Positions 1 through 8,380 of a stretch of DNA of 56,301 nucleotides are shown in pieces. The stretch covers positions 1 to 56,301 of the forward strand of contig CAZXLG010000001.1 of assembly GCA_964641335.1 (NCBI GenBank). Direction: 5' to 3'. The notes beneath the pieces were generated by a model. The model saw only the letters and a list, made by a program, of their open reading frames with translations. It had not been told where the DNA came from and did not search any database. Source of the DNA: an uncultured Paracholeplasma sp. Its GTDB lineage: Bacteria; Bacillota_I; Bacilli_A; Acholeplasmatales; UBA5453. A program made the translations under genes and the position numbers. The number at the start of each line of letters is the position of its first letter. Position 1 is the first letter of the stretch.

Positions 1-1
1 C

Positions 2-883
2 AACTCACTCCGATTAGCGAACTATACCGTAAAGAAAACCGGTGGTAACGCAATCCGTCTGTACTCAGAAGACATGAGCGAAACCGAAAGCGAATTTTTG
101 GATTATTACTATCAAATTAAAAACGCGATTGCGAAAAAAGAATTCCTACTTTATTACCATCCAATCGTCGATATTAATACCAAAGAATTATATGGGGTTG
201 AAGCCCTCTTACGTTGGAATCACCCAGAACACGGGTTATTGAGTCCATTTAAATTCATCAACATCATGGAACAATCCGGGGATATTTACTGGGTTGGTCT
301 CTGGGGATTGGAATCCTTGATCAAGAGCTATTATGAATTCAAACAAGCATTCCCTAAATCCAACCTCAAATTTACATTTAACATCAGTCCTAAGCAATTG
401 ATGAACGAAGCTTTAGCGGTTGACTTTCAACGCGTATTAAAGAAGTATAAGATGAATGCGGAAAACATCATATTAGAAATTGTGGAATTCGCGCTCTTCG
501 ATAAACATGGCGTTGTATTACAAAACATCACGCAACTCAAAGCCTTGGGCTTCCAGTTCGCAGTCGATGGCTTCGGTTTGGACTACGCGACACTCGCGAA
601 ATTAGAAACCATGCCACTAGATACGATCAAGTTATCGAAAGAGTTCTTAAACGAAGAGCATTCCTACGTTAAATCGAGATTCGTAACCTTGCTGGTCGAA
701 TTTGCTGAGAAGAATCAAAAGACGATTATTTCTGAAGGCATTGAGAACGCGCAAATGTTACAAACCATCGCTGGCTATAATATTCATATCGTGCAAGGAT
801 TCTATTTTGCTCGTCCAATGTCCTTTGAGAATCTAAAAACATACTACAAGGAAACCGATTTATCGAAAATGATACAATTATAA
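2..883 (+). CDS. EAL-domain protein, 5'-partial (likely C-terminal part of a GGDEF-EAL protein); degenerate catalytic loop
   Basis: EALLRW, NISP, LEIVE, EGIE and QGFYFARP motifs. The frame is open to the window edge (NSLRLANYTVKKTGGNAIRLYSEDM resembles the end of a GGDEF domain). DDFGTGYSS is replaced by DGFGLDYAT. Confidence 0.9.
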   Translation, partial: NSLRLANYTVKKTGGNAIRLYSEDMSETESEFLDYYYQIKNAIAKKEFLLYYHPIVDINTKELYGVEALLRWNHPEHGLLSPFKFINIMEQSGDIYWVGLWGLESLIKSYYEFKQAFPKSNLKFTFNISPKQLMNEALAVDFQRVLKKYKMNAENIILEIVEFALFDKHGVVLQNITQLKALGFQFAVDGFGLDYATLAKLETMPLDTIKLSKEFLNEEHSYVKSRFVTLLVEFAEKNQKTIISEGIENAQMLQTIAGYNIHIVQGFYFARPMSFENLKTYYKETDLSKMIQL

Positions 884-902
884 AAAAATTATTTCAAAAG
901 TG

Positions 903-931
903 TTGACATTCTTTTTCGATGGGTGTATATT
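903..931 (+). promoter_or_regulatory. sigma-70/A promoter driving the riboswitch leader
   Basis: TTGACA (903-908), 17 bp spacer, TATATT (926-931). Confidence 0.8.
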
Positions 932-949
932 GTAAGTGTATTAGAATAC

Positions 950-1024
950 TAATGTTAAAGGCAAAACTAGAGAAATCTAGCGACGCAAAGCTATAGGGCC
1001 TATATAAATGGTAGCCAGTTGTCA
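950..1024 (+). ncRNA. c-di-GMP-I (GEMM-I) riboswitch aptamer
   Basis: GGCAAAA-CTAGA-GAAA-TCTAG-CGACGCAAA-GCTATAGGGCCTATATAAATGGTAGC-CAGTTGTC matches the Firmicute c-di-GMP-I pattern (GAAA tetraloop hairpin, GACGCAAAGC junction, second hairpin, CAGTTG end). It sits next to an EAL gene. Confidence 0.93.
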
Positions 1025-1047
1025 TTTTTCGTGACAGCTGGCTTTTT
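1013..1047 (+). terminator. riboswitch expression-platform intrinsic terminator
   Basis: AGCCAGTTGTCA / TGACAGCTGGCT 12-bp stem followed by TTTT. The 5' arm overlaps the aptamer 3' end. Confidence 0.85.
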
Positions 1048-1088
1048 CATATAAAAAATCAGGTGTTTACGAACAAGGGGTGTGAGAT

Positions 1089-1847
1089 ATGAGACTTTCA
1101 ACCGTTCTTGGGATCAAGAAGACAACCACAATGACGGCTAGATTCTTAACGCTAGGCGTTATCATATCAGGTCTACTTTCACTCGGATTTGGGGTTGTCA
1201 CATTTTATGGTTTATCCACCGGAACCTTCGTCATATCGATGACTGAAGAAGCTGCGCAAAAAGGGATACAATTATCCAAAGTCAAAACATTTAATGACGA
1301 CACCGCAACTTCTAGACTGTTCGTTGATCCTGATGATGAATCCGATGAAGCGACCTACAGCTATTTAAAAATTGAAGAAGCAGTAGCTAACGATGGCCTA
1401 TTTACAGATCATGAAGCAGATTATCTCGCATATTCCTTCTATGTCAGAAATAGTGGTCTAGAAATGATTAACTTGAATTACGCAGTGAACATCATAGACG
1501 TAACCAAAGGATTGGATAATTTCATTCGAATTATGATTGTTACACAAAGAGTCGTGGAAACAGGTCAACAACCTGATACCCCGATTCAAACCATGTACAT
1601 GAAGCCGGATGATGCGGAAGACTTACCCTATGATATTAAATATCCTGGTATTCCACCTGCAGAACATTTCCTCTCTCAAAATTACTCAAGAGACCCCATC
1701 ATTAGTAAAACCATTGAACGCTTCCAACCAGGTGCAGTTTACAAGTTTACCGTGTTTATGTGGATTGAAGGTTATGACACAACACCAAACATGGAACGTG
1801 GTAGTATCAAAATTGATATGAAGTATACGATAAGAGATGCAATGTAG
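1089..1847 (+). CDS. membrane-anchored/exported protein, paralog 1 of a putative fibre-subunit family
   Basis: N-terminal hydrophobic helix. YLAYSFYVRN, FIRIMIV and FTVFMWIEGYD motifs are shared with the next two ORFs. Confidence 0.75.
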   Translation: MRLSTVLGIKKTTTMTARFLTLGVIISGLLSLGFGVVTFYGLSTGTFVISMTEEAAQKGIQLSKVKTFNDDTATSRLFVDPDDESDEATYSYLKIEEAVANDGLFTDHEADYLAYSFYVRNSGLEMINLNYAVNIIDVTKGLDNFIRIMIVTQRVVETGQQPDTPIQTMYMKPDDAEDLPYDIKYPGIPPAEHFLSQNYSRDPIISKTIERFQPGAVYKFTVFMWIEGYDTTPNMERGSIKIDMKYTIRDAM

Positions 1848-1850
1848 TCT

Positions 1851-2822
1851 ATGATCAAAAAACTTTATATCTCCATGATTTCCACGATCCTGTTAACATT
1901 AACCTTCACAACTTCAACATTTGCATGGGTAGTCATCGCAGAAACAAACCGAGTTGATGGCTTTCAAATCACCATGAATCCTGGTAGCAACTTAGAATTT
2001 TCATTGGATGGCATCAACTGGTCTAATGAAATCACCACAGCGCAAATTAACGAAATTTGGCGAGGTGCTAGATTAATGGATTTAACATCCACAGATGGTA
2101 TCAACTTTATTGGAAATAGAATTCAATTAGTGGATGCAGAACTCAATTTCGAAGGGATTCCGAACGTCAATTACATTTCACTCGAATTGTATGCACGGAC
2201 AACCACTCGATATAGAGATGTTTATTTAGTGGATAACGTTAGTTCTAGTTCAACCTATGATAACCCACCGTCTCGCGGTACATATGTGTTATCAAGAGGA
2301 GTTAACTTTAGGAGTCCAGTCACATTTAATCTTGGACCCGATGATATTGTGTTCGAAAATGAAATGAGAACCTATTACGCCAAAGACGCGATTAGAATTT
2401 CATTGACAGAATTAAAAACAGATAATCCCTTGGATACAAGAGATGTTAGTGAGTTTAGAAGTTTCATCTATGACCCGACAGAAAATCCTGATCGTGGTTA
2501 TGGTAAAAACTATGGTGGCGTTGATTATTTGAGAAAAGCTAAACAAGTTTTCATCCAATTGCCATCGACACCACAACCGCTAATTGATACACTTTCAAAG
2601 TTTAACGAACGAAACGACTATTTACCACTCGATAACAAATCAAAAGTCGCGACATTGATTGTTACAGATCAACTCGATGATGAGAACAAACCGTATTACT
2701 TAGGTAAGTTCAGATTGAATATTTGGCTTGAGGGTTGGGATGCAGATTCATTTGATGCAATCTATGAAGATACATTATCCTTTAGGTTCGAGTTTCAATC
2801 GGCAGAAAGTATTGTAATTTAG
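1851..2822 (+). CDS. exported protein with SipW-type signal peptide (TasA/camelysin-like leader), paralog 2
   Basis: MIKKLYISMISTILLTLTFTTSTFA|WV leader; C-terminal FRLNIWLEGWDADSFDAI. Confidence 0.8.
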   Translation: MIKKLYISMISTILLTLTFTTSTFAWVVIAETNRVDGFQITMNPGSNLEFSLDGINWSNEITTAQINEIWRGARLMDLTSTDGINFIGNRIQLVDAELNFEGIPNVNYISLELYARTTTRYRDVYLVDNVSSSSTYDNPPSRGTYVLSRGVNFRSPVTFNLGPDDIVFENEMRTYYAKDAIRISLTELKTDNPLDTRDVSEFRSFIYDPTENPDRGYGKNYGGVDYLRKAKQVFIQLPSTPQPLIDTLSKFNERNDYLPLDNKSKVATLIVTDQLDDENKPYYLGKFRLNIWLEGWDADSFDAIYEDTLSFRFEFQSAESIVI

Positions 2823-2899
2823 CAACAAATCAGTTACAATCGTAATTGATATGAAATAAAAAAGACATAAAAATAAAAAGGAAAAAGGGGAAAAAAACA

Positions 2900-3871
2900 A
2901 TGAGAAAATTAACTCAAAAATTAGTTTTATCAGTAGTAACGATGGCACTAGTCGTAATCGCACTTGGTACATCGACATTCGCATGGTTTACATTAACCAA
3001 TAAAGCTTCAATTAGTGCATTCCAAGGTCAAGTAACAGCCGGTGAAGGTATTGAAATTACACTTGGAGACTGGAACGGTACAAACGCATATACAGCTCCT
3101 AGTGGAACTACAACATGGTATACTGTATTACCAGAATCTGTTATTGAAACTTATATTTTAAATATGCAACCAAACTTCCGTTTTGACAACGTAACATCAC
3201 CAAACGGTGCTACAATCAATAATGAATCAGGTGTTGGTCAAACTTATGGCTCATCTTCTAAATATATTCAATTCCAATTATATTTTAGATCTTCTGCAGC
3301 TAAAAAAATCATATGGAGCACAGCTACACTAAGTGGAACTGAAGAAACATGGACAGTAAACGTTCCATCATTTATTCCATCAGATCAAGGTGCAGCTTGG
3401 ACATTAAATAGCCAAAAAACAGTTGCTGCTTGGACTGGTGCAAGAATTTCAATCGTAGGTTCAGCAACCGTTGTATATCAAGCTCCTGAAGATCAATCAT
3501 TAACTGTTCTTAACTCAAATGATGATATAACGTCTTTTGACTTAGCTCTTGTTGACCATGACAGTAATGCAGGTACTCCTGACGTAGCTGTTGTAGGTGC
3601 TGGTGCTGCTACTCCATGGGGAGCTGCTGCTTATGGTATTGCTGCTGGTAAAGATACAACTTATGGTGTAGCAATTCCTACAGTAGTTGTTACATCAGAT
3701 GTCAATGACACTCCTGCTGAAATCTTAACTTTAACTGGTCCTACTGCTGGATATTATACTGGTAGTGTAATTGTTAGAATTTGGATTGAAGGCTTTGATG
3801 CTGACACATTTGATGCAATTTTCGATACTGAATTGTCTGTTCTTATAGGTTTTGAAGCAGTTAACATTTAA
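2900..3871 (+). CDS. exported protein with SipW-type signal peptide, paralog 3; probable major fibre subunit
   Basis: MRKLTQKLVLSVVTMALVVIALGTSTFA|WFT leader; C-terminal VIVRIWIEGFDADTFDAI; rich in T/A/G/S; strongly T/A-ending codons; followed by a strong hairpin. Confidence 0.82.
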   Translation: MRKLTQKLVLSVVTMALVVIALGTSTFAWFTLTNKASISAFQGQVTAGEGIEITLGDWNGTNAYTAPSGTTTWYTVLPESVIETYILNMQPNFRFDNVTSPNGATINNESGVGQTYGSSSKYIQFQLYFRSSAAKKIIWSTATLSGTEETWTVNVPSFIPSDQGAAWTLNSQKTVAAWTGARISIVGSATVVYQAPEDQSLTVLNSNDDITSFDLALVDHDSNAGTPDVAVVGAGAATPWGAAAYGIAAGKDTTYGVAIPTVVVTSDVNDTPAEILTLTGPTAGYYTGSVIVRIWIEGFDADTFDAIFDTELSVLIGFEAVNI

Positions 3872-3888
3872 TTAGTTAGTAATAAGCA

Positions 3889-3924
3889 ATAAGGTTTGCA
3901 TGGACACATGCAAACCTTATCTTT
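3889..3924 (+). terminator. strong stem-loop (terminator or mRNA stabiliser) after the putative major subunit
   Basis: ATAAGGTTTGCATG-GACA-CATGCAAACCTTAT, a perfect 14-bp stem followed by CTTT. Confidence 0.75.
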
Positions 3925-4028
3925 AAAATAATGACATTTTCAAGATAATCTCTTTGATACTAGATTTTAGGCAAATAATATAATATAATTGTATTAGTGA
4001 AAACGTTGTCTAAAAGGAGATGTGTCTA

Positions 4029-4739
4029 GTGAGTCAATCTAAATTTAAAATAAAAAACGTCTTAAAAATTGCTGGTAACGTATTATTCTATACTCTTATT
4101 GTATTATTGTTGTTATTTTCTATTTCGAATTTGAGTATTAAATCAAACAAAGATATTGCAAATATTATGGGACGAGGTTTTTTACCTGTAATTTCTGACT
4201 CAATGGAAGGTAATAACCCTGACTCATTTAACAAAGGATCACTAGTTTTAGTAAAATTATTAAGTGAATCTGATAAACATGAGTTACAAGTAGGTGACGT
4301 CATAACATTTTATGATTTAAATCTATTAGCCTTAAACACTCATAGAATTGTTCACATTACAGCTAATTATGTTGTTACACAAGGTGATAAAGCCGCATCA
4401 ATTGCTCCATATGTTGATGGTGGAAATAATACAGGTGTTCAATATGAAATCGTTACGTATGAAAACATAAAAGCAATTAGAACAGGTCATATTAACGGTT
4501 TAGGTAGCGCAATCTCTTATTTACAAACTCCAGTTGGATTTGCGTTATTTGTAATTCTGCCAGTTGTATTATTACTTGCATATCAAGGATTTGTCTTAAC
4601 AAAGACATTACTCGCTGTTAATAAAGAAAAGATTGAAGCTAAACATGCAGATGAAAAACAAGAATTATTAGAAGCGGAAAAAGAAAGAATTCGTAAGGAA
4701 TTATTAGAAGAAATAAAGAAGGAACAATCAAAACAGTAG
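4029..4739 (+). CDS. sipW: signal peptidase I, SipW/ER-type (S26B), copy 1
   Basis: VISDSMEG (catalytic Ser), GDVITF, THRIV (His), TQGD; N- and C-terminal TM helices. GTG start at 4029 is chosen from AGGAG spacing, since ATG 4020 abuts the RBS. Confidence 0.85.
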   Translation: MSQSKFKIKNVLKIAGNVLFYTLIVLLLLFSISNLSIKSNKDIANIMGRGFLPVISDSMEGNNPDSFNKGSLVLVKLLSESDKHELQVGDVITFYDLNLLALNTHRIVHITANYVVTQGDKAASIAPYVDGGNNTGVQYEIVTYENIKAIRTGHINGLGSAISYLQTPVGFALFVILPVVLLLAYQGFVLTKTLLAVNKEKIEAKHADEKQELLEAEKERIRKELLEEIKKEQSKQ

Positions 4740-4764
4740 TCAGTTAAAAAGTTGAGGTAAAACG

Positions 4765-6303
4765 ATGATTGAGTTTGCTCGTTATTATATCGACTTCATT
4801 ATAGATTTTTTTGAAAATATCCGCAAATTTTTCAGCACTATTTTTGAGGCTTTTGCGGATTTATTATTTAATGATGTCGCTACATATATGAACAATTTAA
4901 TCCAAGCTAGTAACAAATTTGGTTTTGGTGACTGGCTGATTGCCATTTTAGTCCTTGGGATTAACATGGTTTTTATTGTTTTCTTCATTCTCAAGATATA
5001 TCAACTTCTCAGGGTTTATATTCGTTTTGTTAAAACAGAAATGGATAAAGATGAACTCCTTGAGGAAGTCGCATTATTAACGCAAAAAACCGTCGAATTA
5101 GCCGACGAAAAAAATAAGATTTTAATGTTGAAATTGGGTGGTGCATCCGCATCCTCCTCACTTCCTGGGAAAGAACAGGAAAAACAAGACAAGAATGCCC
5201 CACAAGCACTTGGTCAAACTCGCTTTGCTAAATTGATCCAAGTCGATGAAGCCTATAAGAACGTCATTACATCCATTCAAATGACCCCAGAAGATACCAT
5301 TGGCTTACCTGAATTAGTGAACCGTTTTATCAACTTCTCAGCTTCACGTTTAAATCTATATTACAATGAGAAAATTATTCGTACATTCTTTGCTGGTATG
5401 GCAGCCTCTAAGATTTTAATTCTAGAAGGTATTTCTGGTACCGGTAAAACATCCTTACCTTATGCGATGGGTAAGTTCTTTGGTCATGACTCAGCGATTA
5501 TCTCAGTTCAACCATCTTGGCGTGATAGGGCCGAAATGATTGGTTATTTAAACGAATTTACCAAGAAGTTTAATGAAACAGACTTCTTAAAAGAACTCTA
5601 TGAAACGACCTACCGCGAAGACTTAAACTTCATCGTCCTAGACGAATTAAACTTAGCTCGTATTGAATATTACTTTGCAGAATTCTTATCCATCATGGAA
5701 ATGCCAAACGAAGCCGAATGGAAAATTGACGTAGTTTCTGACCGTCAACCTACTGACCCAAAACACTTCATTGATGGTAAAATATTGGTTCCACAAAACG
5801 TATGGTTTGTCGGTACTGCGAACAAGGATGACTCCACATTCACCATTACCGATAAAGTGTATGACCGTGCATCATCCATCGTCATGAATACTAAAGCTGA
5901 ATTCGTTGATGCTCCATATACTGAAGGTGTCACGATGAGCCACGAATACTTGAAATCCTTATTTGATGAGGCTTGGAAAGCTCATCCAATTTCACCAAAA
6001 GCCTTGGATAACCTTGGTAAACTCGATGATTTTATCGCCCAAAAGTTTAAAATTACTTTTGGTAACCGTATTATGAAACAAATTAAACTCTTTACACCGA
6101 TTTTCGTCGGTTGTGGTGGTTCAGAATATGAAGCACTCGATTATATGGTTGCGAGAAAAATCTTGAGAAAATTTGAAGTCTTGAACTTACCATTCTTACA
6201 AGATGAATTGAGCGAACTGATCGTATTGCTCGATAAACTATTCGGTAAGAACGTATTCAAAGAATGCATTGCATTCCTCACAGATCTCAAGAAGATGAAC
6301 TAG
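4765..6303 (+). CDS. McrB-like AAA+ NTPase with N-terminal transmembrane anchor and coiled coil
   Basis: Walker A GISGTGKT, SVQPSW, Walker B FIVLDELNLARIEYYFAEFLS, VGTANKDDST, DKVYDRA. TM segment WLIAILVLGINMVFIVFFIL. Confidence 0.85.
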   Translation: MIEFARYYIDFIIDFFENIRKFFSTIFEAFADLLFNDVATYMNNLIQASNKFGFGDWLIAILVLGINMVFIVFFILKIYQLLRVYIRFVKTEMDKDELLEEVALLTQKTVELADEKNKILMLKLGGASASSSLPGKEQEKQDKNAPQALGQTRFAKLIQVDEAYKNVITSIQMTPEDTIGLPELVNRFINFSASRLNLYYNEKIIRTFFAGMAASKILILEGISGTGKTSLPYAMGKFFGHDSAIISVQPSWRDRAEMIGYLNEFTKKFNETDFLKELYETTYREDLNFIVLDELNLARIEYYFAEFLSIMEMPNEAEWKIDVVSDRQPTDPKHFIDGKILVPQNVWFVGTANKDDSTFTITDKVYDRASSIVMNTKAEFVDAPYTEGVTMSHEYLKSLFDEAWKAHPISPKALDNLGKLDDFIAQKFKITFGNRIMKQIKLFTPIFVGCGGSEYEALDYMVARKILRKFEVLNLPFLQDELSELIVLLDKLFGKNVFKECIAFLTDLKKMN

Positions 6304-6315
6304 GTGAGCCTTTAA

Positions 6316-8361
6316 ATGAAAAAGAGACAAACCGACAAGTTAAGTCAGTTCTATTATTCATACGATCAAACATTCAAGGATTTAGAAAAGTCCCATACAT
6401 TTCCAAAAACCTTTTACACCGCTTTAATGGCTGGTAAAAACACGCTTTATCAAAAGAGTATGTCTGAGACAAAGACATTCGATGAAACGTGGATTAAGAC
6501 CATTGAATCGTATTTCCCAAGCATAGAAAAAATCATATTAAACCCAAAATCTGGGTTAAAATACTTAGAAGAAATTGTACCAATCGAGAAAGCCAAAAAG
6601 ATTCGCAGTAATTCCATTCGACATTTAGCTTCTCATACCCATTTTATTCGTGAAATACGCGATGAAGTGGTTATGCCAAAGAAGATTATGACCACGGAAA
6701 CTGACGTCGACTATGGTACTTATGAAAACCGATTTGTGATGACCCTCATAGAACGGCTTTTTAACTTCGTCCGAAGCCGTCATGAACTCATTAAAGATAA
6801 CATCATTTCCTATCAGAAGAAACATTTTAACTATACATCTAACTTTCAAATTAGCGATTTAGTGGTCGATTTAAACCTCGATGTCGTTTTTAAAGAAGAC
6901 CTAGAAGATAAATCAATCAACATTTATAATAGAGGGATTCTTGAGCGCGTCGAATATTTGTCTAAGCGTGTCACATCCATCCGAAATTCACCATTTATGT
7001 CCTTAATGGCGGGTGAAAAAAAGGTATTACCTCCTATTATGCAAACCAACGTCATCTTAAAGAACGTAGATTTTAGAAACTGCTATGTCTTATGGTTATT
7101 CCTAGATCGATATAACACACTAGCGTATGATGTTACGGTTAAAGAAAAAGACCTAACCTTTGATAAATCCTATCAGGATGCGGTTGAAAGACTTGCCTTA
7201 AATACGTTCTCAATGGTTGCGTTCAATCAAGGGGTTAGAAAACCTTCTTACGATGAAATTGTTGAAAAAGAAATTGTTAAAAAAGCCTTTAAGATTGCGA
7301 ACATTCACATCAATGATGTTGTCAATACACCAGAACCAATCATCGTTGAAGATGAACGCATCAACCAATACTTCCTACAAGAAAACATCAAAATATTCAA
7401 AAAACGTGTCGATGAAGAAGTTGAACGCAGTTCGACTTATGAGGTAGGGCTAAAACGTGCTTTACGTGACACCATTTCGATTTCAAATGCGATTTTTAAA
7501 CACCATTTTGAATTAGAAGAAAATGATGATTTCTTCTCACGTATGGTCAAAGATGATGACGTCGAAAAGAACCTCGAAGTCAGTAAGGAAAAAGCGAAGA
7601 TTGCGAGAATCATTCGAGAAACCAAAGAAGTCGATTATAACAATGCGATACGTCTAGAACGTAAATTGATGAAAGATATTGAAGGTGCGAATCAAAGACT
7701 CATTTTGATGAACCGTAAAAAGACTGAAGATGAAGCTGAACGTATTCGCATTGAAGCTGCTCTCAAAGAACAAAAAGATATCGCTGCGAAAGAAGCACAA
7801 ATGCTCGCCGATAACTTAGAACTTGTGAATCAGAACCGTGATGCGCTCGCACTTGAGAAGAAACAAGTCGACGATAATATTGCAGCAGAAACTCAAAAAG
7901 CGATTGAAGAAAATAATACACTCATCAATAACCTTAAACAGACTCTGCAAAATCAATTAGATCAGAAGATTGCGACTCTAGATCGTCACTTCCAAGCAGA
8001 ACGTGAAGCGATTGAAAAAGAACAGGCTAAACAAATCAAGAAACTTGAACGTGAAGAAAAACTCGCGATTACCGAGGCTCAAAAGAAAGCCAAAGCGGAA
8101 TATCGACTTGTCGTATCTAACCTCAAGAAGAAAGCTAAGATTGAGCATGATCGTATGATGAAGAAACTCAAACTTCAACGTCAAAAAGAACAAGAAAAAT
8201 TGCTCAAAGAATTTGAAAAACTCAAATTATCTATGGCGAAAAAACAAGAGAAAGCCCTCCTTGATATTCAAAAACAATCCGAAAAGGATATTGAAAAGCT
8301 TAAAAAAGAGGGTTTACCAAAAGATTCTAAAAACAATAATATCGATTCTGATGAATCATAA
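6316..8361 (+). CDS. DUF2357-like (McrC N-terminal-like) protein with long C-terminal coiled coil
   Basis: DYGTYENRFVMTLIERL and PPIMQTNVILKNVDFRNCYVLW resemble DUF2357/McrC-like N-domains. The C-terminal ~280 aa is K/E/Q-rich coiled coil. It directly follows the McrB-like gene. Confidence 0.7.
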   Translation: MKKRQTDKLSQFYYSYDQTFKDLEKSHTFPKTFYTALMAGKNTLYQKSMSETKTFDETWIKTIESYFPSIEKIILNPKSGLKYLEEIVPIEKAKKIRSNSIRHLASHTHFIREIRDEVVMPKKIMTTETDVDYGTYENRFVMTLIERLFNFVRSRHELIKDNIISYQKKHFNYTSNFQISDLVVDLNLDVVFKEDLEDKSINIYNRGILERVEYLSKRVTSIRNSPFMSLMAGEKKVLPPIMQTNVILKNVDFRNCYVLWLFLDRYNTLAYDVTVKEKDLTFDKSYQDAVERLALNTFSMVAFNQGVRKPSYDEIVEKEIVKKAFKIANIHINDVVNTPEPIIVEDERINQYFLQENIKIFKKRVDEEVERSSTYEVGLKRALRDTISISNAIFKHHFELEENDDFFSRMVKDDDVEKNLEVSKEKAKIARIIRETKEVDYNNAIRLERKLMKDIEGANQRLILMNRKKTEDEAERIRIEAALKEQKDIAAKEAQMLADNLELVNQNRDALALEKKQVDDNIAAETQKAIEENNTLINNLKQTLQNQLDQKIATLDRHFQAEREAIEKEQAKQIKKLEREEKLAITEAQKKAKAEYRLVVSNLKKKAKIEHDRMMKKLKLQRQKEQEKLLKEFEKLKLSMAKKQEKALLDIQKQSEKDIEKLKKEGLPKDSKNNNIDSDES

Positions 8362-8380
8362 TAGTAAGGAGGACATCTAG

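Noticed and set aside
950-1024. cGAMP-sensing GEMM-Ib variant
   Set aside because: The position equivalent to G20 appears to be G, not A, which favours c-di-GMP.
1089-3871. Type IV pilins or sortase-dependent pilins
   Set aside because: No G|FxxxE class III signal, no LPxTG-TM-basic tail, and no prepilin peptidase or sortase in the locus. The leaders are SipW-type.
4765-8361. Classical McrBC type IV restriction system
   Set aside because: The ATPase has a TM anchor instead of a DNA-binding domain, no PD-(D/E)xK motif is seen in the partner, and the pair is embedded between two sipW genes. Kept only as an alternative hypothesis.
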